DNA of 57,549 bases, taken from IMG/VR virus record IMGVR_UViG_3300028025_000648, positions 1 to 57,549 of that record. One strand, given 5' to 3'. This DNA comes from a virus (Duplodnaviria; Caudoviricetes). Below, in pieces: positions 1 through 8,966 of the stretch (its first letter is position 1; each line of letters begins with the position of its first letter). The notes under the pieces are model-generated. The model made no database searches, had not been told where the DNA came from, and saw only the letters and a list, made by a program, of their open reading frames with translations. Both the position numbers and the translations under genes were made by a program.

Positions 1-1116
1 TGCCTGGGTTGTATTAGATGGTAGTGGAGTATAAGGAGTATATCCAGTAATATTAATATGAGCAGAAAGATTTGTTGGAGTACTTCCTTGATTTTGTTGA
101 ATATTCATTCCAGTTAATTGATTGTTAATTATTTGATTAACTTGAACATTTCCATTTCCTGACTCACCTACTGATGAAACATCTGCTTTCCAAGTTCCAT
201 CTAGTGGGTTCACATCAGCATCAAAAATAATATTAGTTAGTTGACCAGAACGAGTTCCATATCCTCTAACCATCCACTCAATTAAAAGACTATTGATTGT
301 TGTTGAATATCTTAAATATGTATCTGAGTCAACATTCCACCAGTCACGGAAGTTAATATAAACTGCTGGAGCATTTCCACCCCAACCCTGTAATTGTCCA
401 AATGATATCAAACCATTTGTAGCAACATAAACATCTGTATATTCTTGATCACCAAGTCTAAGAGCATAAGGAAGTGTCATTTTAAATGCGTAGTCATCAT
501 CTTTAGGTAGATCAGTAGTCTGTGGATTTCCAGCATTAGCAAGGGCTATCTGGTCTTGAACCAAAGTCAAAGCATTTTGCTCTGAGGTTACTGTAGCGCT
601 ATCAGATAAAACTACGGCTGTCTGGCTATCAATTTGTCCAGAAAGGACTGTCATGCTATCTGTTAAGGATAATACTGTTGCTGATTCTGTTGCCACTACT
701 TGAGCCATGGCAGTCTGAGTTTCTACTGCTTGGGCAAGGGAAGCCTCAACCGAAGCAACATTATTGACAGCCACAGTAGCACTATCTACTACTGTCTGAG
801 CCTGGGTAATAGAGGTCTGAGCCTGTGTGATAGTGGCTGTAATGCTCTCTGTAGGGCTTGTAATGGCTTCTGCTTGTGTCTGTATGACTGCCGTGGCAGT
901 TTCAGCCTGAGTTATTGCAGCCTGGGCTACCTCTATTGTGGCTGTTGCGCTTTCAATTGTTATTGTTGATCCAGCAGATATAGTGACTGTTGCCGTGTCT
1001 GATGGGGTTACTTGGACTACTTCTCCCTCAGCGTGAGCCTTTGGCTGAGGTGCAAGAACTAAAAGGAATAGAACAAATAAAACCCCTAAGCCAATTTTGA
1101 CTAATAGTTTTTTAAT
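1..1116 (-). CDS. Secreted surface protein (runs off the window edge): signal peptide, Ala/Thr/Gln-rich helical stalk, nidogen/NIDO-like domain; probable ATT start
   Basis: Not in the ORF track. My translation of this frame begins IKKLLVKIGLGVLFVLFLLVLAPQPKAHA/EGEV, later contains DDDYAFKMTLPYALRLGDQEYTDVYVATNGLISFG, and I found no stop down to base 1. GGAG lies 7 nt before ATT; in-frame TAA at 1132-1134. Confidence 0.75.
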   Translation of the reverse strand, partial: MKKLLVKIGLGVLFVLFLLVLAPQPKAHAEGEVVQVTPSDTATVTISAGSTITIESATATIEVAQAAITQAETATAVIQTQAEAITSPTESITATITQAQTSITQAQTVVDSATVAVNNVASVEASLAQAVETQTAMAQVVATESATVLSLTDSMTVLSGQIDSQTAVVLSDSATVTSEQNALTLVQDQIALANAGNPQTTDLPKDDDYAFKMTLPYALRLGDQEYTDVYVATNGLISFGQLQGWGGNAPAVYINFRDWWNVDSDTYLRYSTTINSLLIEWMVRGYGTRSGQLTNIIFDADVNPLDGTWKADVSSVGESGNGNVQVNQIINNQLTGMNIQQNQGSTPTNLSAHINITGYTPYTPLPSNTTQA

Positions 1117-1159
1117 TCCTACTCTCCATCTTTAGTCTGTGGTGGTGACTAATAAGACT

Positions 1160-1168
1160 ATTATACCA
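1160..1168 (-). promoter_or_regulatory. Extended -10 promoter TGGTATAAT
   Basis: Exact TGnTATAAT in the intergenic gap just after a terminator. Confidence 0.7.
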
Positions 1169-1177
1169 GTTTAGGCA

Positions 1178-1208
1178 ACAAAAAAGGGAGCCAAGTTAAT
1201 GACTCCCC
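1178..1208 (-). terminator. Rho-independent terminator
   Basis: GGGAG/CTCCC stem followed by TTTTTTGTT on the minus strand, just after the stop of 1225..2313. Confidence 0.75.
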
Positions 1209-1224
1209 TAATTGTTGGACTAGT

Positions 1225-2313
1225 TTACTTCTTTAAAGCAACCTTGGCCTTTGGATTCTTCTTATTCCACTTTGTAGCAAGAGCGTTATACTCTGCCTTA
1301 TAAGTTGCTGCTGCCTTAGCAAGTGCTAGGTCAGATGCAACCTTTGCGGTTACTGTTGCTGAATCAGATGCGATCTTTGCGTCTGCAAGTGCCTTATCTG
1401 CTGCAACCTTATCTGCTGCACGTCCTGCACGCTCTGCAACTAGAGCAGCATTTGCTACTGTAATTTCTGCAGTAAGTGCTGCGACTCTTGCATTAAGAGC
1501 AGCAATTGTTCCGTTAAGATCAGTTACTGTGAATGAACCAACTACAGCCTTAACTGGTGCTGGAAGTCCTGTAACTGCTGTCGCTGCTGTTGCTCCTGTT
1601 GCTGCAACTGTTACTGTGCCAGCAACTGCTGTTGCCAACTTCTCAGCACGTGAGCCAAGAGTAAGTGTTGAGTCTGCAGAAACATTTGCTGCTGTTGCTG
1701 TAACGATTGACTTTGAGATTGAAGCATCTGCCCATTGAGCACCAATGAGTGTTGCTGTTACTGTCTCTCCGCCTACTGCGTTACCAAATACGTCTGTTAC
1801 ATTTACTGCAACTGATGGGATTGTTCCTACTGCTACTGCAGATGGAACTGTGAGGCCAACATTGTATGCTGATCCTGCGATACCCTTAACATAAACGATA
1901 GTTGAATATGAACCATTTACAATGGTTACTGATCCAGTTGCTGTTGATGTTGTAAATGCATACACAGTAAGTGCTGCACCCTGTGATGTTACTGAATGTG
2001 TTGTTGTTCCTGCTGATGCAAGAACTGGTGCTACTGGAGCATTGTCCAAAGCGAGAACAAGTCTTACTCCACCAGTTGATGTGAATGAGACTACTGTTCC
2101 AGTGTCAGCAGTTGCGACAAGTGCTACAGCATCTGCTGAGTCAACCTTGTTATCTGCTGGTACGTTTGCAGTTGCTGGTGCAAGTGCAGTTGTTGTGTTT
2201 GCTGCTCCTGCTACTGTTACTGCTAGAGGTGCTGCACTCGAAGGTGCGACTACCAATGCTGTGCTAGTCAGGGCTGCAGCGATGATTAGCGAGACTTTCT
2301 TAAATGAATTCAT
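1225..2313 (-). CDS. Secreted Ala/Thr/Val-rich cell-surface (S-layer-like) protein with C-terminal coiled coil and basic tail
   Basis: Sec signal MNSFKKVSLIIAAALTSTALVVAPSSA; beta-rich middle; C-terminus ADKVAADKALADAK...KWNKKNPKAKVALKK; AAGGAG RBS. Confidence 0.7.
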   Translation of the reverse strand: MNSFKKVSLIIAAALTSTALVVAPSSAAPLAVTVAGAANTTTALAPATANVPADNKVDSADAVALVATADTGTVVSFTSTGGVRLVLALDNAPVAPVLASAGTTTHSVTSQGAALTVYAFTTSTATGSVTIVNGSYSTIVYVKGIAGSAYNVGLTVPSAVAVGTIPSVAVNVTDVFGNAVGGETVTATLIGAQWADASISKSIVTATAANVSADSTLTLGSRAEKLATAVAGTVTVAATGATAATAVTGLPAPVKAVVGSFTVTDLNGTIAALNARVAALTAEITVANAALVAERAGRAADKVAADKALADAKIASDSATVTAKVASDLALAKAAATYKAEYNALATKWNKKNPKAKVALKK

Positions 2314-2331
2314 CTTTCTCCTTGTTAGTTT

Positions 2332-4119
2332 TTATATTAGGTTTAATCCGCCAAGGAAATCCTTGACATCTTCGGGCATTTTTTCCCTTGTATCCAATTC
2401 TACCATACTCTTCTTTTGCTCCGCAAGTCGGGTAGCCGAACTCCAGGTATGAACATCAACAATAAGATTAGTGTTCTTTGGAGTGTGAGATATAGCACCA
2501 AAAACAGCACCACACATGGCATCTGCTAGGTCCTTAGATTTTTTACGGGGGTGATCAACACGATTACCCTTCATAATTTTCAACTCAGACATTTCGTCTA
2601 GTAGAAGTGGAATTCTTGGTATGGCAACACGCTCTTCATAGATCATCATTGCCAAATCTTCATAGTGTTTCTTTGCAACAGAAATAGTTTCAGTTCTGAT
2701 TCCTACTGCCTGTAATTCATTTTGGATATCAAATGATTGCCAGCGGTCAAAAGAAACCATTCCTAGGTTAAACCCTTGTCTTCTAAGATTCATAATCCAC
2801 TGCTTTACATCAGATAGATTTACTGGACCTTCCGCTCTTGGCTCCCACCAGACTACTGCATCTACTACTACAATTGGTACGATTTGTTCATAGTCTTTGA
2901 TTACCTGGACATTTACCCAGCGATCTACGTGAGCAATTGCTACCGCACACTTATCGTGCTTCTGTGCAAGGTCAGCGTGAACAAAATAAACCTTGTCTGG
3001 GTCTGGCTTAAATGTTTCTTCAAACCTCTTAAAATTGTCAATTGGATTTCTAAGGTTCATAACCTTCTCCAACTTAGTCTTATCTTTAAAGAATGCGTCA
3101 GATGAATAGGTTGGCATACAAGCAAAACGCATCATTGCATCTGCAAGGTCTGTATAGAATGCAACCTTAAAGTCTTCAATACTACGGGTAGGGTTTACTT
3201 GCCAAGTAGGTCTTTTGAATGCTAGTACCTTTGGAATTTTGTAAGACAAGATTGTATCTTCTTCCCAAGAAATCTCAAATTGGTTTCCAGGATCATCGTG
3301 TGGTAAATCTGGATTCATAATAAATGTATGCTTGGCCTCAATAGTTTCTTTCTCAGCAATGACAGATTCATACTTCTGAGAGATAAAGTCTCCAGGGTAG
3401 CGGGGGAATGAAAGCAAAACAACTTTACCAAGGTCAGGGAAACGAGAGTCTACAGTACCACGGAATGCTTTATAGATGTTTTCTGCAGTCTTTCCTTGCT
3501 CATTACCTGTTCCAACCTCAGATGCAAAACCAGAAATTTCATCAAGTACTGCAAGGAACAAGTTCAAACCTTCATGCGATTCACGCTCTGAGTGACCAGA
3601 ATAAACAGTAACAGACTTATCGAAGTCTATAGAGTCTGCCTTAGCATTGTACTTGCCAGCAAACCAAGGAGATCTTTCGATCTTTGATTTGAAACCTTTA
3701 AAGAAAACATTCTTGGCCTGCTGAGCGTTAATAGCCACGTTAATAATATCAATAGCATCTCCTGCAGGCTTGCCAAAGTATACTGCTGGGTCCTTTAAAC
3801 ATAGTAGTTTATATACTACATAGGCACATGCTACTGTTGACATAAAGTCTTTACCGCTACCCTTGCCAAGTTGCAGGATAATTTCATTCTTTGTAAACTT
3901 GTTAAAATATGCTTCTCCTGCAACAGAACCCATGACTTCTACAAGATCTTCTTTCCTGTAGATTTGGCTCATTGCCTCAACAATTTGATACTGAATGTCA
4001 GAAAGTGGTGGCTGCCCAAGGTAGTCTGGAGATTCAACAAATGTCTTTGCATCTACAGGTGTTTCTACAAAATGATTTTCCTTAAGTACTTCAAGAAACT
4101 CATTGAACATCGTGGACAA
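2332..4119 (-). CDS. terL: Terminase large subunit
   Basis: Walker A LGKGSGKD, Walker B AVLDE, nuclease acidic motifs HADLA and KDLADA; 595 aa. Confidence 0.9.
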   Translation of the reverse strand: MSTMFNEFLEVLKENHFVETPVDAKTFVESPDYLGQPPLSDIQYQIVEAMSQIYRKEDLVEVMGSVAGEAYFNKFTKNEIILQLGKGSGKDFMSTVACAYVVYKLLCLKDPAVYFGKPAGDAIDIINVAINAQQAKNVFFKGFKSKIERSPWFAGKYNAKADSIDFDKSVTVYSGHSERESHEGLNLFLAVLDEISGFASEVGTGNEQGKTAENIYKAFRGTVDSRFPDLGKVVLLSFPRYPGDFISQKYESVIAEKETIEAKHTFIMNPDLPHDDPGNQFEISWEEDTILSYKIPKVLAFKRPTWQVNPTRSIEDFKVAFYTDLADAMMRFACMPTYSSDAFFKDKTKLEKVMNLRNPIDNFKRFEETFKPDPDKVYFVHADLAQKHDKCAVAIAHVDRWVNVQVIKDYEQIVPIVVVDAVVWWEPRAEGPVNLSDVKQWIMNLRRQGFNLGMVSFDRWQSFDIQNELQAVGIRTETISVAKKHYEDLAMMIYEERVAIPRIPLLLDEMSELKIMKGNRVDHPRKKSKDLADAMCGAVFGAISHTPKNTNLIVDVHTWSSATRLAEQKKSMVELDTREKMPEDVKDFLGGLNLI

Positions 4120-4636
4120 CTGTAATCACTTCTCCTTCTTTAGCAATTGCAGATAAGCGTTGCATAATAATGTCACGAACTTCTGGGTGAGAAGATGCAA
4201 CATCTCTAAGAATTCCTACAAGGACTTCTTGTCTGCGCTCAATCTCTACCATCTCTTCGGCTAGTTCTTTGTTCTCAAGAAGTCCAGCCTTTTGTAGCAT
4301 ATCAATACGCTTAGACTCAATATCCATAACTAGTTTAATGGCAGCAGTCTTTGCACCAAGATTATTAGTCATAGATGCTTCATCAATAACTTCATATGAT
4401 TTTGAGATTAGTTTGCTATAGTGTGCATCAGCACCAGCAAGTGCATCTTTTGCACGAGCACGGATTGCTGAGTTGTTTGAAGCAGATGCCTTCCACTCAT
4501 CAAGATGTGCTACTACTCTTACTCTTGGAATAGATAGTTCTTTAGAAATTCTTGTTGGATCGCTACCCTTTAGATACTCAGTAACGACAAGGTTCATCTC
4601 ATCAAGATGATTGATTAACTCTATCTCACTTGACAT
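4100..4636 (-). CDS. Probable terminase small subunit
   Basis: N-terminal HTH-like segment plus helical body, overlapping and directly upstream of terL. Confidence 0.6.
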   Translation of the reverse strand: MSSEIELINHLDEMNLVVTEYLKGSDPTRISKELSIPRVRVVAHLDEWKASASNNSAIRARAKDALAGADAHYSKLISKSYEVIDEASMTNNLGAKTAAIKLVMDIESKRIDMLQKAGLLENKELAEEMVEIERRQEVLVGILRDVASSHPEVRDIIMQRLSAIAKEGEVITVVHDVQ

Positions 4637-4868
4637 ATTTGCCTTCTAGTCTATTGATTTCATCTTTGATATAAAAGATTGCTTTTTCTAGATCTTGAAT
4701 AGTCTTTGACTCATCTTTTAGTCCTGCTCTCCACAAGTACTTAAAAGCATTTCCAATATTAAAGTTACGATGACGAGTAATCTCAATACATTCTACGCCT
4801 GAGGGATCTGTTGTGTAATGCTGTGGGTGATTAACCTGATCAACAGTTATGTTTAGGTTTTCACTCAT
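4626..4868 (-). CDS. DUF3310 (SaV-like) protein
   Basis: VNHPQHY...GVECIE...GNAFKYLWRAGLK...DLEKAIFY signature; start moved to ATG 4868 (MSENL). Confidence 0.85.
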   Translation of the reverse strand: MSENLNITVDQVNHPQHYTTDPSGVECIEITRHRNFNIGNAFKYLWRAGLKDESKTIQDLEKAIFYIKDEINRLEGKYVK

Positions 4869-4995
4869 ACGACTCTTCCTCATCGTCTTCCCAGTCAAAT
4901 GCTTCTGGCATACCCTTAAGCGCTGTTAGCACGAAGGTAATTCCTACTGCCCCAGCAACACCCAAACCAATAATAATCTTCTGTGCTTTATTCAT
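4861..4995 (-). CDS. Small single-pass membrane protein (44 aa)
   Basis: Below the ORF-track cutoff: MNKAQKIIIGLGVAGAVGITFVLTALKGMPEAFDWEDDEEESYE; overlaps both neighbours. Confidence 0.7.
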   Translation of the reverse strand: MNKAQKIIIGLGVAGAVGITFVLTALKGMPEAFDWEDDEEESYE

Positions 4996-5147
4996 CGCCT
5001 TGACTTCCTTAGTCCGAATTTAGCAAGGTAAACATAGATTGTCTCCACGCTTGCCCCACTCTCTTTTGCAATTTCTTCTGGAGTCTTTTTATCCATAAGG
5101 TATCTCTTACGAAGCCAGACTTCATTTGTATATAGTTTACCAGCCAT
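4992..5147 (-). CDS. Small HTH DNA-binding protein (51 aa)
   Basis: Below the ORF-track cutoff: MAGKLYTNEVWLRKRYLMDKKTPEEIAKECGASVETIYVYLAKFGLRKSRR has an HTH pattern. Confidence 0.75.
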   Translation of the reverse strand: MAGKLYTNEVWLRKRYLMDKKTPEEIAKESGASVETIYVYLAKFGLRKSRR

Positions 5148-5151
5148 AATG

Positions 5152-5754
5152 TTATTTGTCAACTCCAATCGCCTTTATCCAGTTGTTCATAGCCCAATGC
5201 CCAATACCACAAGCATCTGCCACATCATTATCCTCAATCGTTCTATCATAGATAGTGTTAATAAACTTAATAGTTCGTTCTTTACGAAGCATTCTTTCGT
5301 ATGCCTTGTACCAAGATACAGACTTTCCAGGATGCTGTGCACGGATAAAGAGTTGTTCATCCTTGGATATCTTCTTGTTACCTATGTAGTTTTGCCAGGT
5401 TATAGGTGATACTTTGCCAATTACCTTTGTTCCTGACTGCCCTGCTGCACCTAGAATTGCTCCTTGAACTAATGCAAGATCTGCAGCAGTCTTAGGACTA
5501 TTCATAAATACTGTATGCTCAATAACTATTGACTCAAAGCCACCATAGTAATCAATAAAGGCTTTGACCTTTTTACCAGCATCCATAACCTTTTCGTATA
5601 TATTGTTGCCTTCAAAATAAATCTTTCCAACAACACCCAATTCTTTTTGTTGGGTATCGAATAAGGCAAAGGCAAGGCTAGTGGTACTGGCATCGATAGC
5701 ACAAATAGTCTGTGGCATTGTTTCTACGCCCCATTTATTCTTGCTCATAGTCAA
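5152..5754 (-). CDS. RuvC-like Holliday junction resolvase
   Basis: ICAIDASTT, IVIE and DNDVADACGIG catalytic motifs. Confidence 0.8.
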   Translation of the reverse strand: MTMSKNKWGVETMPQTICAIDASTTSLAFALFDTQQKELGVVGKIYFEGNNIYEKVMDAGKKVKAFIDYYGGFESIVIEHTVFMNSPKTAADLALVQGAILGAAGQSGTKVIGKVSPITWQNYIGNKKISKDEQLFIRAQHPGKSVSWYKAYERMLRKERTIKFINTIYDRTIEDNDVADACGIGHWAMNNWIKAIGVDK

Positions 5755-6025
5755 AGAACCCCTTTATTTCTTTTAACATTTTATCAACTGCTTTTTTGCT
5801 TACGTTACAAGATGAACAGAAACCAGAGTCATTGTAGATTGATAAAGATACATCGCATCCTCCAAGACATTTTCTAACTTTGCCAAGTCTTTTTTGTCTG
5901 CGTGTAATCAGATACCTTTCGGCAATCTTTTCTTTTGTAGCGTCATCTCTACATTCAGTACTACAATAAATCTGATAACTTACTTTAGGATTAAAGTTGT
6001 TATCACATCTTTCACAAAGCCTCAC
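5735..6025 (-). CDS. Cys-rich zinc-binding protein
   Basis: CERC, YCSTEC, CLGGC, CSSC. Confidence 0.7.
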   Translation of the reverse strand: MRLCERCDNNFNPKVSYQIYCSTECRDDATKEKIAERYLITRRQKRLGKVRKCLGGCDVSLSIYNDSGFCSSCNVSKKAVDKMLKEIKGFFDYEQE

Positions 6026-6827
6026 TAAGCCCCTCCAGGGATTTGATTTTTATAACCCCTGCTCCTGCATCGTCACATGCTTGTTTAATAGGACAGGTCT
6101 TGCAGATCTTTGAGTTTGCACGATAGTTCTTAGTTGGTAGAGTTCTATCTACCCAAGCCTTGCGTACATCACGCATCCACTGAAATGCTGCATCAATCCA
6201 GTCACGATAATGATCTCCTACTTCAATTGGAAGAACTAGCAACTCATGATTATTTTTATTCTCATAAATCAAAACGCCCTTCTTCTTGCCAAGAATCTTC
6301 ATATAGATTAGTAACTGAATCAAGTGACCAGTCTTTGGCTTCATAGAGTTCTTGCGATACTCAAAGCCTTCATTAAGCATTGTCTTAATTTCTCCGACAA
6401 TCTCTTCACCCTCCCACTCAATCATGGCATCGCCATAACCAAAGATCGGTGGATCATCATATCTAATCTTAAATTCTGTTGTCGGCTGGTTATCATCATC
6501 ACGATAAATCTTTGCAATGCCTGAGTTCATCATAGCATCTTGGATTCTTGCGTGTGATAATGTTCCTGCAGTCATATTTGCTGCACCGTAAGCATCTGCA
6601 TTATCTTCAAATGTAGCACCATCAAATGCTAAATACCAATACCTAGGACATTCTCCATGGCTATAGGCAATAGTAGATGGAGCAAATGTCTTCTTGGTCT
6701 GAAACTTTGGACCACGATTGACCACATACCCAGACTTAATCTTTTCAATCATTGCATCAGCATCTAGGATCGTGCTCTTCTTAGATATACTTTTAATCAT
6801 AACTTCGTGTAGTAAATTCTTCGTCAT
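6012..6827 (-). CDS. Cas4-like PD-(D/E)xK exonuclease
   Basis: ECPR, GYGD, EIKT, QLLIY and C-terminal CKTCPIKQAC (four Fe-S-type cysteines). Confidence 0.85.
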   Translation of the reverse strand: MTKNLLHEVMIKSISKKSTILDADAMIEKIKSGYVVNRGPKFQTKKTFAPSTIAYSHGECPRYWYLAFDGATFEDNADAYGAANMTAGTLSHARIQDAMMNSGIAKIYRDDDNQPTTEFKIRYDDPPIFGYGDAMIEWEGEEIVGEIKTMLNEGFEYRKNSMKPKTGHLIQLLIYMKILGKKKGVLIYENKNNHELLVLPIEVGDHYRDWIDAAFQWMRDVRKAWVDRTLPTKNYRANSKICKTCPIKQACDDAGAGVIKIKSLEGLSEAL

Positions 6828-6847
6828 TTTATCCCCTTGTTTATATA

Positions 6848-6856
6848 AGTATACCA
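6848..6856 (-). promoter_or_regulatory. Extended -10 promoter TGGTATACT
   Basis: Motif in the intergenic gap, followed by AAGGGG RBS. Confidence 0.6.
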
Positions 6857-6858
6857 GG

Positions 6859-7164
6859 TTAGCGCATTATGTATTTGAGTGCTGAGACTAAATCGTTTAT
6901 TGCTTCCGCTGCAGTATAGTAAATGTTTTTCTTTGCTCTGTTATTTTTATCCACATTAGCCATCCAGGTAGCCTTAAAGGACATCTTGGCTGCAATTGCT
7001 TGTAGCCGTACAATCTCCAAACTTGCTACTGGGGCAGGAATGTCTGGTTTAATAATTAACTTAGCAATCATTCCAAGTGCAGTTGTAAGATCTTCATCTT
7101 CCATAAACTCTGCAATCTCTGCTAAACCATTTACCATCTCTAATGTTGTTTTCTGCTGTTCCAT
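6859..7164 (-). CDS. Hypothetical helical protein
   Basis: 101-aa ORF with GAGG RBS, tightly packed. Confidence 0.75.
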   Translation of the reverse strand: MEQQKTTLEMVNGLAEIAEFMEDEDLTTALGMIAKLIIKPDIPAPVASLEIVRLQAIAAKMSFKATWMANVDKNNRAKKNIYYTAAEAINDLVSALKYIMR

Positions 7165-7165
7165 T

Positions 7166-7456
7166 TTATTCCTCTTCTGTCAACTGTTCTAATAGATCCA
7201 TCTCAATTATAGCAAGTCTTACCTTCTTTGCGCCTTCTCCAAGAACAACTATGATGGCTGGAGATTTATCTCTGCCTGCCGTAACTGAATCAGTCACAGC
7301 CTTAGCCCACACATCTTGGTTTAAGGTAAATGATTTGGAGCATTCTTTGAAATCAACAACAAACTGACGCCAAGTGGCATCCCCCTTTTGTGTATTTCTA
7401 CCAGAGTTCTTGTGCTGCTTGGCACCGATCCTCTTTGACTCTCCACGCTCACTCAC
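7166..7456 (-). CDS. PD-(D/E)xK-type (Hjc-like) resolvase/nuclease
   Basis: NSG...KGD...VDFKE motif; probable GTG start at 7456 (MSERGE) overlapping the upstream stop. Confidence 0.6.
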   Translation of the reverse strand: MSERGESKRIGAKQHKNSGRNTQKGDATWRQFVVDFKECSKSFTLNQDVWAKAVTDSVTAGRDKSPAIIVVLGEGAKKVRLAIIEMDLLEQLTEEE

Positions 7457-7637
7457 CTTCGTAGTCGCTTTTCTTTTTCTTTTGTGGAATAAGTGAAACT
7501 TTTGACATATGCTTTTGCTCACACATCCAAGTTGCATCACCACTAGCAGTCCATAACCTTAAAGATGTAACTTCTACTCCACATTTCTTACAAGGAAATT
7601 TCCCTGGGTAAACTGTAAAATCTTTGTTAGACACCAA
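7449..7637 (-). CDS. Small zinc-ribbon protein
   Basis: CKKC...CEQKH. Confidence 0.65.
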   Translation of the reverse strand: MVSNKDFTVYPGKFPCKKCGVEVTSLRLWTASGDATWMCEQKHMSKVSLIPQKKKKSDYEGE

Positions 7638-8643
7638 GAACCTTCTTCTTTAGCATCTCCTGTAATTCTAAGTCTTCCTTAACACGAGCAACTAAACCAT
7701 CTCTGCCCTGAACCTTTGTGCCATCTTCTAGTTGGTACCAAGCACCTGTACGATTAATAAAACCTGCTAGTTCAGCAGTGTCAACCAAATCACCAATGCT
7801 ATCGATGCCGACATCATCGCCACGAAAATAAAAGTCATACTCTCCAGATTGGAAACCAGGAGATGTCTTAGAGAACTGAAGTTCCCAACGTACTTTGCGA
7901 CCAATCTTTTCTTCAATAAGTTTATCTCCAACATGAATTTTTCCTTTAATTGCTTGATTGTCTGACTCTGATGAAAAGAGTTTAATAACAGTAGAAGAAT
8001 AGAACTTAGTAGCCTGACCACCAGTAGGCTGCTGGCTAGTATACATAGCACTAATATTATTACGGCTTTGACTAATAAGGACAAACAGAGTTGGCTTAAC
8101 TTTATTATTCGCATAATTAATCATCTTCCAAGCATTGGAAAAGTCACGAGACTCTGCACCAATCTGCTTTGTATTCTCAAGTTGTTTAAGTTCATCTGAA
8201 TCCTTTTCAAAATAAATAGCAGGTAGCAAAGATGTGATTGAGTCAACAACGACAATATCTACTCCAGCATTAATAAGGTTAGTTCCAACATCAACCATCT
8301 CGTTAATTGTACGAGCCTGAGAGTAGATAAGTTTAGATGAGTCAACCCCTAGGCGCTCTGCCCAAACCTTATCGTATGACATTTCTGCATCAATCCAAGC
8401 ACAGATCTTTCCTTCCTTCTGTGCTAGACCTATCATCTGAAGGCATAGAGAGGACTTAGCAGAGGACTTTGAACCCCAAACCAGTACTTGTCTACCATAA
8501 GGTAAGCCACCTGCTAAGGCACGGTTTAGTGCAAAACTAGGTGTTGCTGCATACTCTGTAGGAGGAACTGAGTCTCCTATCATAATAGTCTTTCTCAACT
8601 TAGGGTTGAGTTGTGCAAGGACTTCTTCCATTGTTACTGACAT
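7627..8643 (-). CDS. recA: RecA/UvsX-like recombinase
   Basis: GGLPYGR, P-loop GSKSSAKS, WIDAE, VVVDS, GGQATKFYSS, GAWY. Confidence 0.9.
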   Translation of the reverse strand: MSVTMEEVLAQLNPKLRKTIMIGDSVPPTEYAATPSFALNRALAGGLPYGRQVLVWGSKSSAKSSLCLQMIGLAQKEGKICAWIDAEMSYDKVWAERLGVDSSKLIYSQARTINEMVDVGTNLINAGVDIVVVDSITSLLPAIYFEKDSDELKQLENTKQIGAESRDFSNAWKMINYANNKVKPTLFVLISQSRNNISAMYTSQQPTGGQATKFYSSTVIKLFSSESDNQAIKGKIHVGDKLIEEKIGRKVRWELQFSKTSPGFQSGEYDFYFRGDDVGIDSIGDLVDTAELAGFINRTGAWYQLEDGTKVQGRDGLVARVKEDLELQEMLKKKVLGV

Positions 8644-8966
8644 TAGAAGCGAACCCCATGCTTTTCTGGACGAGTCTTATTAAACTCTACCTTCTCTGCT
8701 AATGCATGATCTAGTGATAGTCTTGTGTACCCTGCTTCTACCACGCCTGCATATAGGTCTAGTGTGCGAATAATGATATCGGCAAACTCTTTTGTAATCT
8801 CTTCTTCACCCTTGTCTTTGCGAATTGCTTCCATTACCTCAGTAACTTCCGAGACAATCATCATTAATTGCTTTGCAATAAAGATGTCATCTACAGCATC
8901 TGGCTCTGGCCAAAAGCCTTTCTCAATTGCATTCTTGTGTAGTTCTGTTGCCATATTATCCAGCAT
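8643..8966 (-). CDS. MazG-like nucleotide pyrophosphohydrolase
   Basis: SEVTEVMEA...KEFADIIIR (EXXE...EXXD). Confidence 0.85.
   Translation of the reverse strand: MLDNMATELHKNAIEKGFWPEPDAVDDIFIAKQLMMIVSEVTEVMEAIRKDKGEEEITKEFADIIIRTLDLYAGVVEAGYTRLSLDHALAEKVEFNKTRPEKHGVRF

Noticed and set aside
6012-6827. Cas4 as part of a CRISPR system
   Set aside because: No cas1/cas2 and no repeat-spacer array in the window; solo Cas4-like nucleases are common in phage replication modules
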